NCBI RefSeq assembly: GCF_029633865.1
Contig: NC_079220.1
Span: 16,786,216 to 16,850,215 of the forward strand
Source of the DNA: Lampris incognitus
Taxonomy: Eukaryota
Direction: 5' to 3'
Length of the DNA: 64,000 nt
The stretch's first letter is position 1, and each line of letters begins with the position of its first letter. Below are positions 37,120 through 49,955 of the stretch, one piece after another. The notes under the pieces were generated by a model, which saw nothing but the letters and a program-made list of their open reading frames with translations, searched no databases and was not told where the DNA came from. The position numbers and the translations under genes were made by a program.

Positions 37120-37331
37120 AACTCCAACCGTATCATCTGTTCAGCGGTGTTTGGTTTCGATGAGAAGCTGGCAGTGAGGCCCAAACTGTGTTTCAGCCAA
37201 AACAACCTGAATGTCAGCAGTGTGGACATCCAGTCTGTGGAACCGGTGGACCAGAGGACACGTGATGCCCTGCAGAAGAGCGTCCAACTGGCCATCGAGA
37301 TCACCACCAACTCCCAGGAAGCCGCTGCACG
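37120..37331 (+). CDS. mvp: major vault protein, coding exon 12
   Basis: tctgaccag|[76 protein letters not shown](R). Donor CACG|gtttgc, followed by (CA)n. Confidence 0.88.
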
Positions 37332-37333
37332 GT

Positions 37334-37438
<105 letters not shown>

Positions 37439-37449
37439 CCCTGCTTTTG

Positions 37450-40400
37450 CTAGTTGTCCATCGTATCCGATGATGACCATCTTCTCCTATTTGTGAGTCC
37501 TTTGGTGGCTGAATAGTCTGATCCTGGATGCACAGTTGCAGTTGCAGACCGGGCATGTAAAAGTGGTGCGGGGGGGGTAGCTTTGCGAGCATGCCTCTTT
37601 GCATGCTTTGCTACACGGTGTTGTGTGTGCTGGTTTTCCATATACTTCTCTCTCTGTGAGACGTGAGAGCACCAGATGATGTGGCAGGAGGCAAGTTCCT
37701 CTAAAGAAGAGGGGTTGATCTGGCATCTTTTCAGTGTGGTCTTCATTTGGTCTTTGAACCACTTCTTCTGCCCACCAGCACTGCGTTGACCGAGGTGAAG
37801 TTGGCTGTAGAGGGCTTCACGTGAGAGTTGTTGGCTGGGCATGCGAATGACATGCCCAAGCCACCTGAGTTGATGGTGGTTTAGGGTAGACTCCACGCTG
37901 CAACTGCCTGCCCGTTTCAACACCTCTATGTGTGTCACTCTGTCCTTCCAAGTAATGCCGAGGATTCTATGGGGACATCTCACATGGAAGGCCTCCAGGC
38001 TTCTGAGATGGTGGCTGTAGATGGTCCATGCCTCACATCTATATAGTAATGTGGAGATGCATACTGCTGTGTAAACAAGCACTTTGGTGTGGAGATTGAG
38101 GTTGCTGTTCTCGAAAACCTCTCTTTATACGACCAAAAGATGTTGAGACTTGTTTGAGGCGGTGTTGGATCTCATCATACATTGTGCAGGTGTCAGATAG
38201 TATGCTTCCCAGATATTTGAAGGCAGGAACAGTGGCCAGCTGTTGCCCTTCTGCTGTCAAGGTTGTTGGGTGGCTTGGGAGGCCGGCACTCATCTGACAG
38301 ATTACCTCTGTCTTTTGGGTGTTGATGATCAGTCCCATTCTACTGTATGCAGTTACAACTGCCGACAGTGTGTTTTGTAGGGCTTCTGGTGTGTGGGCTA
38401 CCGGGGCACAATCGTCGGCATACTGTAGCTCAATGATATTCTCAGAGGTCAACTTGGTGGTTGCCTGAAACCTCCTGATGTTGAATAGGTTATCACTGAG
38501 CCTGAAGTCAATGGTGACTCCAGCCTGCTTCTCCATCCTCCTTCGTAACAGTGTTGTAACACAGACTAAGAAGATATTGAACAGGACTGGGGCTAGCACA
38601 CAGTTTGGTGTGCAGCCTGACTCCAGTCTGCAAACCAAAGGGCTCAGAACTGTGACTACCTACTACTACTCAAGCCATCATTCCTGAGTGAAACTGTCCA
38701 AGCATGGTGAGAAACTTGGGTGGACATCCAAAGTTCTTCAGGACTTGCCACAGTAGGTCCCTGTTGACTGTATCAAATGCCTTTGAGAGGTCTATGCATG
38801 CTATGAATAAGTCCTTGTGCTGTTCTTGTCATTTCTCCTGGAGCTGGGGTGTGACAAAGATCATGTCAACTGTCATTCTATCCTGTCGGAAGCCGCATTG
38901 TGACTCTGGTATGACCCGGTTGGCTATTGTTAGTGTTAGTCTGTGGAGCATGATCTTGGTTAGGACCTTTCCGGCAATGGCCAGTAATGAAATATCCCTA
39001 CTGTTGGAGCAGATGGATTTGTCTCCTTTGTTTTTATAAATGGTCACAATGTTGGCATCTTTCCACTGTTGGAGGACACACTCGTGACTCAACATCTCAA
39101 GGATGTAGAGACACAGTGTCCTCATACAGAGGTAGCCTCCTTCCTTGAGGATGTCAGCTGGAATGTTATCAGGTCCAAGGGTTTTATTGTTTTTCAGGGT
39201 CTTGACCACATGTAGGATTTCTTTGAAGGTTGATGGGAGGTCTAGATCTTGCAAGGTAGGCTGTTCAGGGAGCTCTGCCAGTACAGCTGAGTGCACTGGG
39301 GTGGGCTGGTTGAGCAGGGTGTTAAAATGCTCGGCCCACCACTCCATTAACAGGGCCTGGTCCTTAATAAGAGTTGTTCCATTAGCAGATCTAACGGGTG
39401 CCAGGGAGCAGTTTCTGGGGCTATAGATGGTCTTAACTGCATCACAGAAGCTATGAATTTCGTTCCTGTCTGCATGAGCCTGGATTTCGTTGGCTTTCAA
39501 AATCCATCACTCATTTTGCAGGTTCCGCAGAGTTGCTTGGGCCTCAGAGCGGAGGTCTTGCCATTGTTTCTTGAGAGGTTGGGATAGTGGGTTGCTGAGG
39601 GTGGCTCTGTGTGCCTTATACATGTGGTCCAGGAGGGTGGAGAACTTTCCGGCATCGTCATCAAGGCAGTCTTGATGTTTTTTGGTTTTGAAGCCAATGG
39701 ATTAGGCTGCACTGTCAAAGAGGGTGTTGCTCAGAGAGGTCCACTTCTCATCCATCCCAGACTCTGAGTTGATCAGCTGTTCAACGTCTACTAACTTGTT
39801 GGCTAGAGAATGACGGAAGGTGTTTGGGGTGTCGCTGTTGGAAAGTCTCGGGCAGTGGAGCGGTTTCTTCTTTGGCCCACATTGGCGTCTCAAAGTTCAA
39901 ACATGCACTCGACTTTTGTCAGGATCATGCAGTGGTCTGTCATCCAGCAGTCTGTTCCTCGCATAGCTCTTGTAAGGATCACGTCTTTAAAATCAGCCCA
40001 CCTCACGATAGCATAAGGTGTCAGTGTTTGATCTGGGATGCATCCAGGATGCCTTGTATTTATTCTTTTGTTGGAAAATGGTGTTTGTGATGGTGAGGTC
40101 ATGTTCTGAGCACAGACTAAGAAGTCTTACGCCATTGGAGTCAACTTTTCCAGTGCCATGGGTGCCAATCACTCCATTCCAGTTTTGCATGTTCTTCCCA
40201 ACTCATGCATTAAAATCCCCAAGCAGAATGACTTTGTCACTCCTTGGGATGTTGTTGAGTATACCATCGAGTGCCTGGTAGAAGCGAGCTTTCTCTTCAT
40301 CATGGGATGGTAAGGTTGGTGCGTAGGCACTTATCAAGGTAATGTATCGGCATTTTGTGAGGGGTATGTGGAGAGTCATCAGCCATTTGCTGATGCCCAC

Positions 40401-40910
40401 TGGTGTTTCTTCGAGACTGGGTAAGAGACTGTTCTTAATTGCAAAACCAACTCCATGAATGCGTTGACCTCCTAGGGGGTATCCTTTCCAAAAGAGTGTG
40501 TAGCCCTCTCCCATTTCATTGAGTGAGCCTTCCTCAAGGAGCCTGGTCTCACTGAGTGCCACCACATCCACACAATAGCGCTTCAGCTTGCTGTACCATG
40601 GCTGATGTCCAGGAGTGTTGTTATGTTCCACGCTGCAATTCTTAATGGTATAGTGTGTTTTCTTCGACGGCATAGTAGAATGGCCTGGCAGGTGTGGTTT
40701 CCTGCCCAGGCATAGTGTTGAGTGGGCAATTTTTGGGCCACCTTTTCTAGGCCGTTCCCCAAATGGGGTGAGCAGTGTGGTCCCTAAATAGGGCTGCTCA
40801 GACGCACAGGGGTCTGCCAGAAACAGATGCCATGCAATCCCAGGTGCTAACGACCGTTGCCCTGTGCCACTGGCGTGCAGAGTTCCAGCTAAGCGCTCCC
40901 AGCTCATTCA
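37450..40910 (-). mobile_element. LINE ORF2 (APE endonuclease plus RT plus C-terminal domain), degraded (mvp intron 12)
   Basis: Endonuclease ORF 40203..40907 (…VILLGDFNA, LISAYAPT). RT ORFs 38829..39500 and 38039..38638 (QCGFRQDRMT; ELQYADDCAPVAH). C-terminal ORF 37450..38082 (ILGITWKDRVTHIEVLKRAG...LRWLGHVIRM). Confidence 0.8.
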
Positions 40911-41924
40911 GACCTGCTCCTGTCACTGGATACTCCATCGCTCCCAGCTCATTCAGACCTGCTCCTGTCACTGGATACTCCATCGCCGTCAGACTTTGTG
41001 AGCTCGTGGACTCAGGTAGCAGGAGAAGACACCTGTGCAGAGATGGTTGTTAAAGTGGCATGGGGGGGGTGCGCTTCTCCCAATTCCACTGACTTGATTT
41101 TAGGGGAGATGGTTCCGATGGCAAGGGGGACCCCTAGACAACCGGCACCTCCTCACAACTGCAGGAGGCTGCTGGAAATCCAGTTTTTTGGAAACCACCT
41201 CGAAGCATGCTGCCACAGCTTGCTTTTCTGTTGGGGTGTGCTCCCTTAGCCTATTGTCTTCCCAGACTCACCCACAAGACAGTGGGGCAGTGGTTGATAG
41301 GTGCCAGGGCATGTCCACCAGGGTGGGCCTGCACACCGTATCTCTGTGGCCCACTGCTGCTCCGAGATCCCCTGCCAAGTTAGCCAGGGGCCGCAAGACC
41401 CCAGTTACCATGTGTGGCCGCGGGGAGGCCTGGCAGGAGTCTTGGTGAAGGGGAGGCTATGTACTGGCTAGGGAAGGCTTACACACTAGGATGCTTACCT
41501 GTTCGCCACAAGGGCTAGCCAGTGGCAGTGAGCTAAAGCAGGAGGGTTGCAAGCAGGTCGGAAGACCACATGCACCTTTCCTCCAAATATACACTGCTGC
41601 ATTAGATGCATCACAACACCCTGTGGGCAGCCACACACACACAGACACACACGCCTTTAATAGTTTGTAATCGGTTAATACAGTTGATATATAGTTCTGA
41701 TTTTTTACTCAGTGCTTAGCCCTGTTTGTAGCCTGTTGCACGCATAGAAAGGGGAAAATTTTGCACGCAAATGGGTGTTTCCACAATTGTGGGTCATATT
41801 TTTTTTGATCTTTTTTCATGTTCGTTTGCCAACCCCCTTGACTTTTAATGAGTCACTCAATCCGCATTTGCAAATTTCGTCCACATCATACCAGATCAGC
41901 ACATCATAGATTGCATCAAATTTG

Positions 41925-42345
41925 GTTATGGGGCATCCAGGTAGTGTAGCGGTCTATTCCGCTGCCTGCCCAACACAGGGATCGCTGGTTCAAATCTCCA
42001 GCTTGGCCGGTCATCCCTATAGACACAATTGGCCATGTCTGTGGGTGGGAAGCCGAATGTGGGTATGTGTCCTTGTCGCTGCACTAGCGCCTCCTCTGAT
42101 CAGTTGGGGTGCCTGTTCGGGGGGGAGGGGGAATAGTGTGATCCTCCCATGCACTGCATTCCCCTGGCGAAACTCCTCATTGTCAGGTGAAAGGAAGTGG
42201 CTGGCAACTCCACATGTTTCGCAGGAGGCATGTGGTAGTCTGCAGTCCTCCCCGGATCAGCAGAAGGGGTGGAACAGCGACCGGGATGGCTCAGAAGAGT
42301 GGGGTAATTGGCCAAGTACAATTGGGGAGAAAAAGGGGGACAAAA
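41925..42345 (+). repeat. SINE family A copy (mvp intron 12, about 110 bp upstream of exon 13)
   Basis: ggggcatccaggtagtgtagcggtctattccgctgcc...gtaattggccaagtacaattggggagaaaaaggggg. Confidence 0.75.
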
Positions 42346-42453
42346 CAAAACGTGAATTTGGTTATGGGAAGGGTAAACAGATATTTCCAGTAATAAAAAG
42401 GCATAATTAAGTTTACCTTTGTGTCATTCAGTCTTGTCTTTCCATTTGTGCAG

Positions 42454-42570
42454 CCATGAGGCAGAGCGTCTAGAGCAGGAGGCCCGGGGAAAGCTGGAAA
42501 GACAGCGGATCACCGACCAGGCAGAGGCAGAGAAAGCCAGGAAGGAACTGCTGGAGCTGGAGGCTCTCAG
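42454..42570 (+). CDS. mvp: major vault protein, coding exon 13
   Basis: ccatttgtgcag|CCATGAG. (R)[38 protein letters not shown](S). Donor TCAG|gtgaac. Confidence 0.88.
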
Positions 42571-42759
42571 GTGAACCACAGACACCCTCTTGTTTGAAGT
42601 TCAGCTTCCAGTTTTTTTTTAATTTGTTTCATACTTGGGTAGAGTCGGACACACTCATGGATATCGTTTTTATCTGTGTGCATTTTGAAGGTACGTTGAA
42701 TGGCAAGTTTATTGCTGAATGTTGTACCAGGATCGTTAGCAGCTCTTCTCAAAGAATTC

Positions 42760-43370
42760 AATTCAATTCAATTTTATTGTCATTAAAAACAATGTGCAGG
42801 CACATGTTAAAAATGAAATGAGGGCTGTGGCTTCACCAAACAGTGCAAGACAGACACAGACAAACACAGCAAACACAGTATAAGATATACACACATGAAG
42901 ACCAAAAGCTAAAAATAAGTTAAAAGAGAGCTGGAGTACAAAATATTTAAAAATATCTACAGACATTCAGTGGGTAGCCAGGTTCAGGTGGGCAACAGCT
43001 TGTGGAAAGAAGCTGTTTTTGAGCCTGGAAGTGCGGGCTCTGAGGCTCCTGTAGCGCCTCCCAGAGCGCAGGGGGGAGAACAGTCCATGGTTGGGGTGGG
43101 TGGGATCTCTGCTGATGCTCAGACCCCTTCGAAGGTAGCGTTTGTGATAAATGTCTTTTATGGCTGGGAGCTGGGTACCGGTGATATGCTGGGCCGCCTT
43201 GACGATCCGCTGCAGAGCTTTCTGGTCTACTGAGATGCAGTTGCCGTACCACACTGAGATGCAGATGGTCAGGATGCTCTCTATGGTGCAGTGGTAGAAG
43301 TTGGTGAGAATTTTGGGGGGTAGACGGGCGCTCCTCAGCCTCCTCAAGAAAGAGAAATCTCAGAAGCCAT
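42760..43370 (-). mobile_element. LINE (L2-type) 3'-terminal fragment
   Basis: ORF 42967..43347: ...QKALQRIVKAAQHITGTQLPAIKDIYHKRYLRRGLSISRDPTHPNHGLFSPLRSGRRYRSLRARTSRLKNSFFPQAVAHLN, the typical tail of fish L2 ORF2. Confidence 0.6.
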
Positions 43371-43377
43371 ATCGTTT

Positions 43378-43765
43378 TACTGGGGCGGCACGATGGCGCA
43401 GTGGTTAGCACGGTTGCCTCACAGCAAGAAGGGTCTGGGTTTGAGCCCTGGGTAGTCCAACCTTGAGGGGGGGTCATCCCAGGTTGTCCTCTGTGTGGAG
43501 TTTTCATGTTCTCCTGTGTCTGCATGGGTTTCCTCCGGGTGCTCCGGTTTCCTCCCACTCTCCAAAGACATGTAGGTCAGCTGAATCGGCCATACTAAAT
43601 TGCCCCTAGGTATGAATGTGTGTGTGTGTGTGTGTATGTCGGCCCTGTGTGATGGTCTGGCAGCCTGTCCAGGGTGTCTCCCCGCCTGCCGCCCAATGAT
43701 TGCTGGGATAGGCCTCAGCATCCCCGCGACCTTGAGAGCAGGATAAACGGTTCAGATGATGGATG
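43378..43765 (+). repeat. tRNA-derived SINE family B
   Basis: ggggcggcacgatggcgcagtggttagcac...gggtttcctccgggtgctccggtttcctcccac...ctgctgggataggc...gatggatgg, a widespread teleost SINE architecture. Confidence 0.8.
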
Positions 43766-44226
43766 GATGGATATCATTTTACTTCTTACTTGTTAGCTTA
43801 GCTTTAACAAATTTTTCTTAACCAGCATTTTCACAAGTACATGGAAAATCCTAAAAATTAGAATATAGTTTTGAACTATTTTTACTTAATATACGTAGCC
43901 GTCATCTTCCACCATAGAAGACTATGGATACACATGGTGAGTGGTCACATCAGTCATTTGAGGGAAGATAAAGGTGATTAATTGCTGCAATTCTTAGATA
44001 CCAAAGTCACTGTGATAAAGACTAACATTATTCTAAACTTGTTGAAACCATAGTTTATATGGACCATAGATGAAAATAACTAACTGAAGTACATGAACGA
44101 TTTTACACTGCATACTCTGTGGATTTTGGAGGCAAACTTAACCTCAAGTAACTGAAAATATTGTGGAGGAAGTCATTTCCAGGCCTGATTCTTAGTGTGT
44201 GTGTGTGTGTGTGTGTGTGTCCATAG

Positions 44227-44353
44227 TGCGGCAGTGGAGAGCACCGGTGCTGCCAAGGCTGAGGCCCTGTCCAGAGCTGAGGCAGCCCGCATCCAAGGGG
44301 AGGCGGCCGTCAACGAAGCCAAACTCAAGACAGAGGCCCGGAGGATTGAGGCT
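44227..44353 (+). CDS. mvp: major vault protein, coding exon 14
   Basis: gtccatag|TGCGGC, acceptor directly after (GT)n. (S)[42 protein letters not shown]. Donor GCT|gtacgt. Confidence 0.85.
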
Positions 44354-44999
44354 GTACGTACTGAGCACAGGGCCTGATTTTGTCGCTCTATTTATGGGTT
44401 GGTGTGTGTGGATGCATTTCTGTGTTTGTTTTGATGTTATTCGACTTTGAAAGCGGGGTCACTGCAGTGTTTCCAGTGTAGTCAGTCAGCTGTAAAATGT
44501 CTAAAACGTACCCCAGTGAAGAGTGCCAACTGTCGGTACAATATACAGACCTTAAAATAAAAGTGAAGTTTTGTCCAGTTTTACGTTAAACCTCAAAGAC
44601 ATTTGGGTAAATGCTGTCCTTGGCAAAGGGATAGTTTGGTTTGTGTCCTGCTTACATAGACTCAGACAAACTCACGGATGCCCTTTTTTATGCCTGTGTG
44701 TGCAGTTTGAAGGTGTGTTGAACGGTGTGTTTAGCCTAGCTTAGCTCAATTGCTGGATGTGTACCATGATCATTAGCAGCTCCTCTCAAAAGAAGGGAAA
44801 TGCACCTTATGCGAAGCCCATCGATGATACGATACGTTTTACTTGTTAGCTTAGTGTTAGCAGTTTTTCGGGAGTGTACCTATGTTCCCACGGCCCTATT
44901 TTCCCACAGCCCTATGTTCCCACATTTCTAAGATTTTTTAAAAAAAAATTAAGCCCTACGTTCCCACATTTCTACCCCTAACCCTAACCCTTAGGGCTG

Positions 45000-45440
45000 T
45001 GGGACCATTGGGTTGACCCCCAGTTTTTCATAACCAATGATTTCACGAGTACACGCGAAATCCTAAAAATCAGATTATAGTTTTGAACTATTTTTCTGTA
45101 ATACATGTATGCATCATTTTCTGGCATTGACGAAGATAGATCTCCTCCCTTTCTCACCATGGTAGAAGAGTTTGAACCCACCTCCGATGCTCCTAGCCTT
45201 CCTCCCCTTCCACCTGGTCTCTTGCACACAAAGTATGCCTACCTTTCTTCTTTCCATCATATCAGCCAGCTCGCTCCCTTTACCGGGCATAGTGCCAACA
45301 TTCAAAGTTCTCACTCTCACACTCCTACCCTTCCTCCTCTCTCGCTGCCTCTGGACATGCATTCCCCCTCTCCTTCGTCCAACAGTAGCATAGTTTCCAC
45401 CGGCACCCTGCTGGCTGACAGTACCGTTGGCAGTCATTGG
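45000..45440 (-). mobile_element. LINE endonuclease N-terminal fragment
   Basis: ORF 45114..45437 ...VRTLNVGTMPGKGSELADMMERRKVGILCVQETRWKG. Confidence 0.5.
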
Positions 45441-45779
45441 TAACCCGGGGCTCGACCAACCCGGTATGGAAATCTTATTTATGATCCGAATATTTGATTT
45501 GGCAAAGATTTTACACCGGATGCCCTTCCTGATGCAACCCTCCCCATTTATCAGGGCTTGGGACCAGCACTAAGAATGCACTGGCTTATGCATCCTCAGT
45601 GGCTGGGTTGTTGAAGAACACAGATATGCTTTATATATAAATATATTAAATCATCTAAAAGTTTTCAGCAGTACAGATCGCATTTGGACAATATTTAGAT
45701 CCTGCTTCATGAGCGTACAACAGTGACAAGTCACAGCGAAGGAGTTCATGTCGGCTCGATGTCTTGATGCATGCTCAAT

Positions 45780-47060
45780 AATCCAGGTAAGACATTCAAA
45801 GGAGGTTGAATCAGTCCATCTGGACACTTGACAGATACGTTTCATCACTCAGCTAAGTGACCTCTTCAGTCTAAACTGACTGCAGGTATCCCCACCCTTA
45901 TAAACAATACAGTTGCGTAACGACTGAAATCAATGACCAGTTTTACATGCAAATAAGGGCATGACCATTAACTAGAGTTTCAAAGGCCACGTGTACTATT
46001 CACAGTGGATTAGGGAATGTTGCAATCACAGCAATTTAAGATGGTGACGGACAGGGATGGTCATTCCTTCTTAATTTAACTGTTGATGTTTACTGTAAAC
46101 CTACACATACTGATCACTACTTAAGGTTTGACTCTCATCATCCACTGGAGCACAAACTAGGAGTCATCAGGACGCTGCACCACAGAGTTGACAACATCCC
46201 CACCCACACAGCAGGCGGGGAAGAGCAGAAATCCCACATTAAACAGGCCCTGGTTAAGTGTGGTTATCCTAACTGGGCGTTTGTCAAAGCCAGGAAGACG
46301 CCCAAACAGTGCACCAGCCAGTCGAAGAGAGGAGAAGGACAACAGCTGCCTAAGCGTAAACCAGTGGTGATTCTGTATGTGGTGGGAGTGTCGGAAAAGC
46401 TGAAATGCATATTTTACAAACACTGCGTCTCAGTTGCTTTCAAACCCCAAAACACGCTGCACCAGAAATTGGTCCGCCCCAAGGATCGGGTCCCCCGGCA
46501 CAAACAGCGCAATTTAATGCACACTGTTAAGTGCCAGGAGGATTGCCGTGACTTGTACATTGGGGAAAGAAAGCAGACGCTGGCCAAGAGGATGGCACAA
46601 CACAGGAGAGCTAACACATCAGGCCAGGACTCAGCAGTCTACACCATCTACAGGCCAGTGGCCACTCTTTCAAAGATGAGGATGTGCACATCCTTGATAG
46701 GGAGGAAGGCTGGTTTGAACAGGGAGTCAAAGAGGCCATCTATGTGAAGAGGGAACTACCATTCCTGAACTGAGGGAGGGGGGGGGGCTAAGAGTACATC
46801 TGTCACCATCTTACAATAATGTGATTGCAAACATTCCCTAATCCTCTGTGAATAGTACACATGACCATTGTAACTCTAGTTAATGGTCACGCCCATATTT
46901 GCATATGAAACTGATCGTTCGTTTCAGTCGTTCTGCAACTGTAGTGTTTATAAGGGTGGGGATTCCTGCAGTCAGTTTAGACTGAAGATGTCACTTAGTT
47001 GAGTGATGAAATGTATCTGTCAATAAACGTTTTATCCAGATGAACTGATTTAACCGTCTT
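45780..47060 (+). mobile_element. Penelope-like element fragment: GIY-YIG endonuclease coding remnant flanked by about 250-bp inverted repeats (mvp intron 14)
   Basis: ORF 46364..46747 with VVILYVVGVSEKLKCIFYKHC...CQEDCRDLYIGERKQTLAKRMAQHRR, a GIY-YIG-like pattern. 45795-46050 is the reverse complement of about 46800-47050. Confidence 0.5.
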
Positions 47061-47240
47061 TGACATGTCGGCTAGACTAATGGCTCCGTTACTTAATGTT
47101 TTTTCGTTTGTGTACGTGTGTCTGTCCGTGTATGCATGTCAAATCAACATGTGCATAAAATGTAGGTTAGACCGAAGACGTTCATCATTCTAGTGTGTGT
47201 GTATGTGTATGTGTATGTGTGTGTGTGTACCATCATGCAG

Positions 47241-47429
47241 GAGGCAGAGCTGCTACGTCTCGCCAAGGCTCGGGAACAGGAGTTGACCTATAAGAAGGAA
47301 ATGGATCGTCTGGAGATGGAGAAGCAAGAGAAACTGGCTCATATCGAGAGTAACCGCTTCATCAAGATGGTGCAGAGTCTGGGGACTGACACCCTCAAAG
47401 AGATGGCCAGAGCTGGACCGGAGATGCAG
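47241..47429 (+). CDS. mvp: major vault protein, coding exon 15
   Basis: ccatcatgcag|GAGGCA. EAELLRLAKAREQELTYKKEMDRLEMEKQEKLAHIESNRFIKMVQSLGTDTLKEMARAGPEMQ. Donor CAG|gtacag. Confidence 0.88.
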
Positions 47430-47591
47430 GTACAGTACAGGCTCCTGTTGTGTTCAGAGTCAGAATGAAAAAAGAAAAAAACTTTTGAGGTTAATTTTAC
47501 TATGGGGATTCATTCATGGTACTTTTCTCTTCCCTTTGCTCTCCCTCTGTCTTTGACAATTTCGCGCTTTGTCTGTCTGTCTGTCTCTCAG

Positions 47592-47711
47592 GTCAAATTG
47601 CTTCAGTCTTTGGGGCTGAAGTCTACGCTCATAACAGACGGCTCCTCGCCAATCAACCTCTTCACTACAGCCAACGGCCTCCTGGGGGCGCTGCCGGGCC
47701 AGGCCCAGTAA
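47592..47711 (+). CDS. mvp: major vault protein, terminal coding exon (stop TAA at 47709-47711)
   Basis: tgtctctcag|[45 protein letters not shown]. The conserved MVP C-terminus is (E)[25 protein letters not shown]. Confidence 0.9.
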   Translation, partial: VKLLQSLGLKSTLITDGSSPINLFTTANGLLGALPGQAQ

Positions 47712-49377
47712 GGGGATGAAGATAAATGTGAAACAAAGTGAAGAGTAACTGAGGTGGAACCATCCGGAAACAAACCCTATCCATTTTTTATTCACTGTTA
47801 AAATGACCGGCGTATACAGTTTACAATTGGGTAAGGCTGTGATAATGTATGGCAGGGGTCCCCAGCTTTTTTTGCACCGCAGACGGGTTTAATATTGACA
47901 ATAATCTGGCGGACCGGGGGAGGGGCAGGGGTGGGTTGATAATGACCAGAATATAGGTTAGGCTTATAAATCAATAGTATCATAACATTTAAAATAACGT
48001 TTGGATATTAAACACACAGCGCATATTTCCTCACATTAAGATAACATACATATAACAAAATTACAACTCACCAATTTCATCAATTCTCTGTGAAACCGTG
48101 GTAACTGAAAGAGGAACCTTTGCCAACTTGTTAGCTGCAGCTTCCCCTAACAGTTCACAGCACATGTCCTTGGCAGCAAGCAGAATCAATTCTTCATTGA
48201 TAGTGAAAGGCTTCTTAGCCTTAGCAATACGACTAGCCACTAAGTAGCCTCAGCATTACAACTAGCCACTAAGTACGACGCTCTCAGAGCAGCAGCGTGT
48301 GTGGAGGTGGTGGCTCTCAGCACGTGCTTCTGTCCCGCTTACTCATGTTGTTTTCGCTCATAGAACTCCACGGGTTTGTCTTTAAGTGCAGGGTGCTTGG
48401 ACTCAAAGTGCGGAAGCAGTTTTTGAGGGCTTCATTGCTTCATTAATAATAAATAAATCAAATTTATATAGCACTTTTCTAACACTCAAAGTCGCTTTAC
48501 AATAAACTTTGGTGAAACAAGACAACAGATAAACATAACACCAACATACAACGGTGGATGGGGAGCTTGTCTCCACATATCACACACAGGGGGCTCGGAG
48601 CATGCCAGTCATCGGTCACAATAAAGCCGTATTTTAGGTATGACTCGTATTTCCTATTGACGGAAGCTTTCTTTTTTTGCTGTCTCGGCCTCTGCTGTCT
48701 CTGCGTTATCATTGTCATTAGACCTTTTATCTCCCCTACCTCTTTCGAAGAAACTCTCAAGCGACGTTTATTTTTTACCGGTGCTCGTGGTAGCTAACTA
48801 GCTGCTACTAGCAAGCTGACTGAGAGTGTCTCTGAGTTATGAAGTTAGTTACCATTGGTCTGCCACATGCCACGTGAATGAGTGATAAAATTACATCATT
48901 GTACACACTTGAAGTATCCGTTTCAAATTAAAAGCCCTTTGGCATTACACCGTCCAGATGGCTGGACCAGGCTTTTACTTGAACATTGTATATCATTGTT
49001 TCCTTGCAGCCCGGTAGCAAATGCTTTGCGGCCTGTTGCCGGTCCGTGGCCTGGTGGTTGGGGACCCCTGATCTACGGGAATCATCAAGGGTCATTTGTA
49101 AGATGGGAGAATTGCCTTCAAATATGCACACTGGGTCTTTGGTGTTTGTCCAGGTGAAGGGGCCTAATGTTACCATTTCTGTCTGCTTTATAGATGTTTG
49201 TCTACATCCTGTTAAGTCGATTTGGCCAACTTTGAAAGAGGAAAGGAATTTCAGGGGTTTACTTTTGGAAAAACGCCGTTCCAACAGGAGTTTAGAATAT
49301 TGCAGAAAGAATGAACTGTCATTAAAAAAAAAAAGAAACTGTTCCTAAAAGATATTTTCCTTTTTTTTTTTAAATTT

Positions 49378-49525
49378 GCCCCTTTTTCTCCACAATTGCA
49401 TCCGGCCAATTACCCCGCCAATTACTCCACTCTTCCGAGCCGTCCCGGTCGCTGCTCCTCTGCTGATCAGGGGAGGGCTGCAGACTACCATATGCCTCCT
49501 CCGATACACGTAGAGTCGCCACGCC
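49378..49525 (-). repeat. SINE family A copy with internal deletion
   Basis: Body joined directly to head remnant (…gtagagtcgccacgccacccggacaccc). Confidence 0.6.
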
Positions 49526-49589
49526 ACCCGGACACCCTGATGTTTTCCTTTTTATTCCTGTACTGTCAGTTTTTCCTGTAAATGTTTAC

Positions 49590-49955
49590 ACTAGGGCGTC
49601 TGGGTATTGAGTCAGGGATTGCTGGTTCGAATCCCCGTGTTGCCTCTGGCTTAGTCAGGCGTCCCTACAGACACAGTTGGCCGTGTCTGTGGGTGGGAAG
49701 CCAGGTGTGGGTATGTGTCCTGGTCACTGCACTAGCGCCTGCTCTGGTTGGTCAGTGCGCCTGTTCAGGGGGAACTGGGGGGAATAGCGTGATCCTCCCA
49801 CGCACAATGTCCCCCTGGTGACTCCACATGTATCGGAGGATGCATCTGGTAGTCTGCAGCCCTCCTGGATCGGTGTAGGGGTGGTGGAGCAGTGACTGAG
49901 ACAGCTTAGAAAATAGGGTAATTGACCAAGTACAATTAGGAGAAAAAGGGAGAGT
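49590..49955 (+). repeat. SINE family A copy, head-to-head with 49378-49525
   Basis: ggcgtctgggtattgagtcagggattgctggttcgaatccccgtgttgcc...gtaattgaccaagtacaattaggagaaaaaggg. Confidence 0.75.

Noticed and set aside
42947-43558. 203-aa minus-strand ORF
   Set aside because: Spans a LINE tail and the antisense of SINE family B (…GQPGMTPPQGWTT…). A translation artefact of repeats
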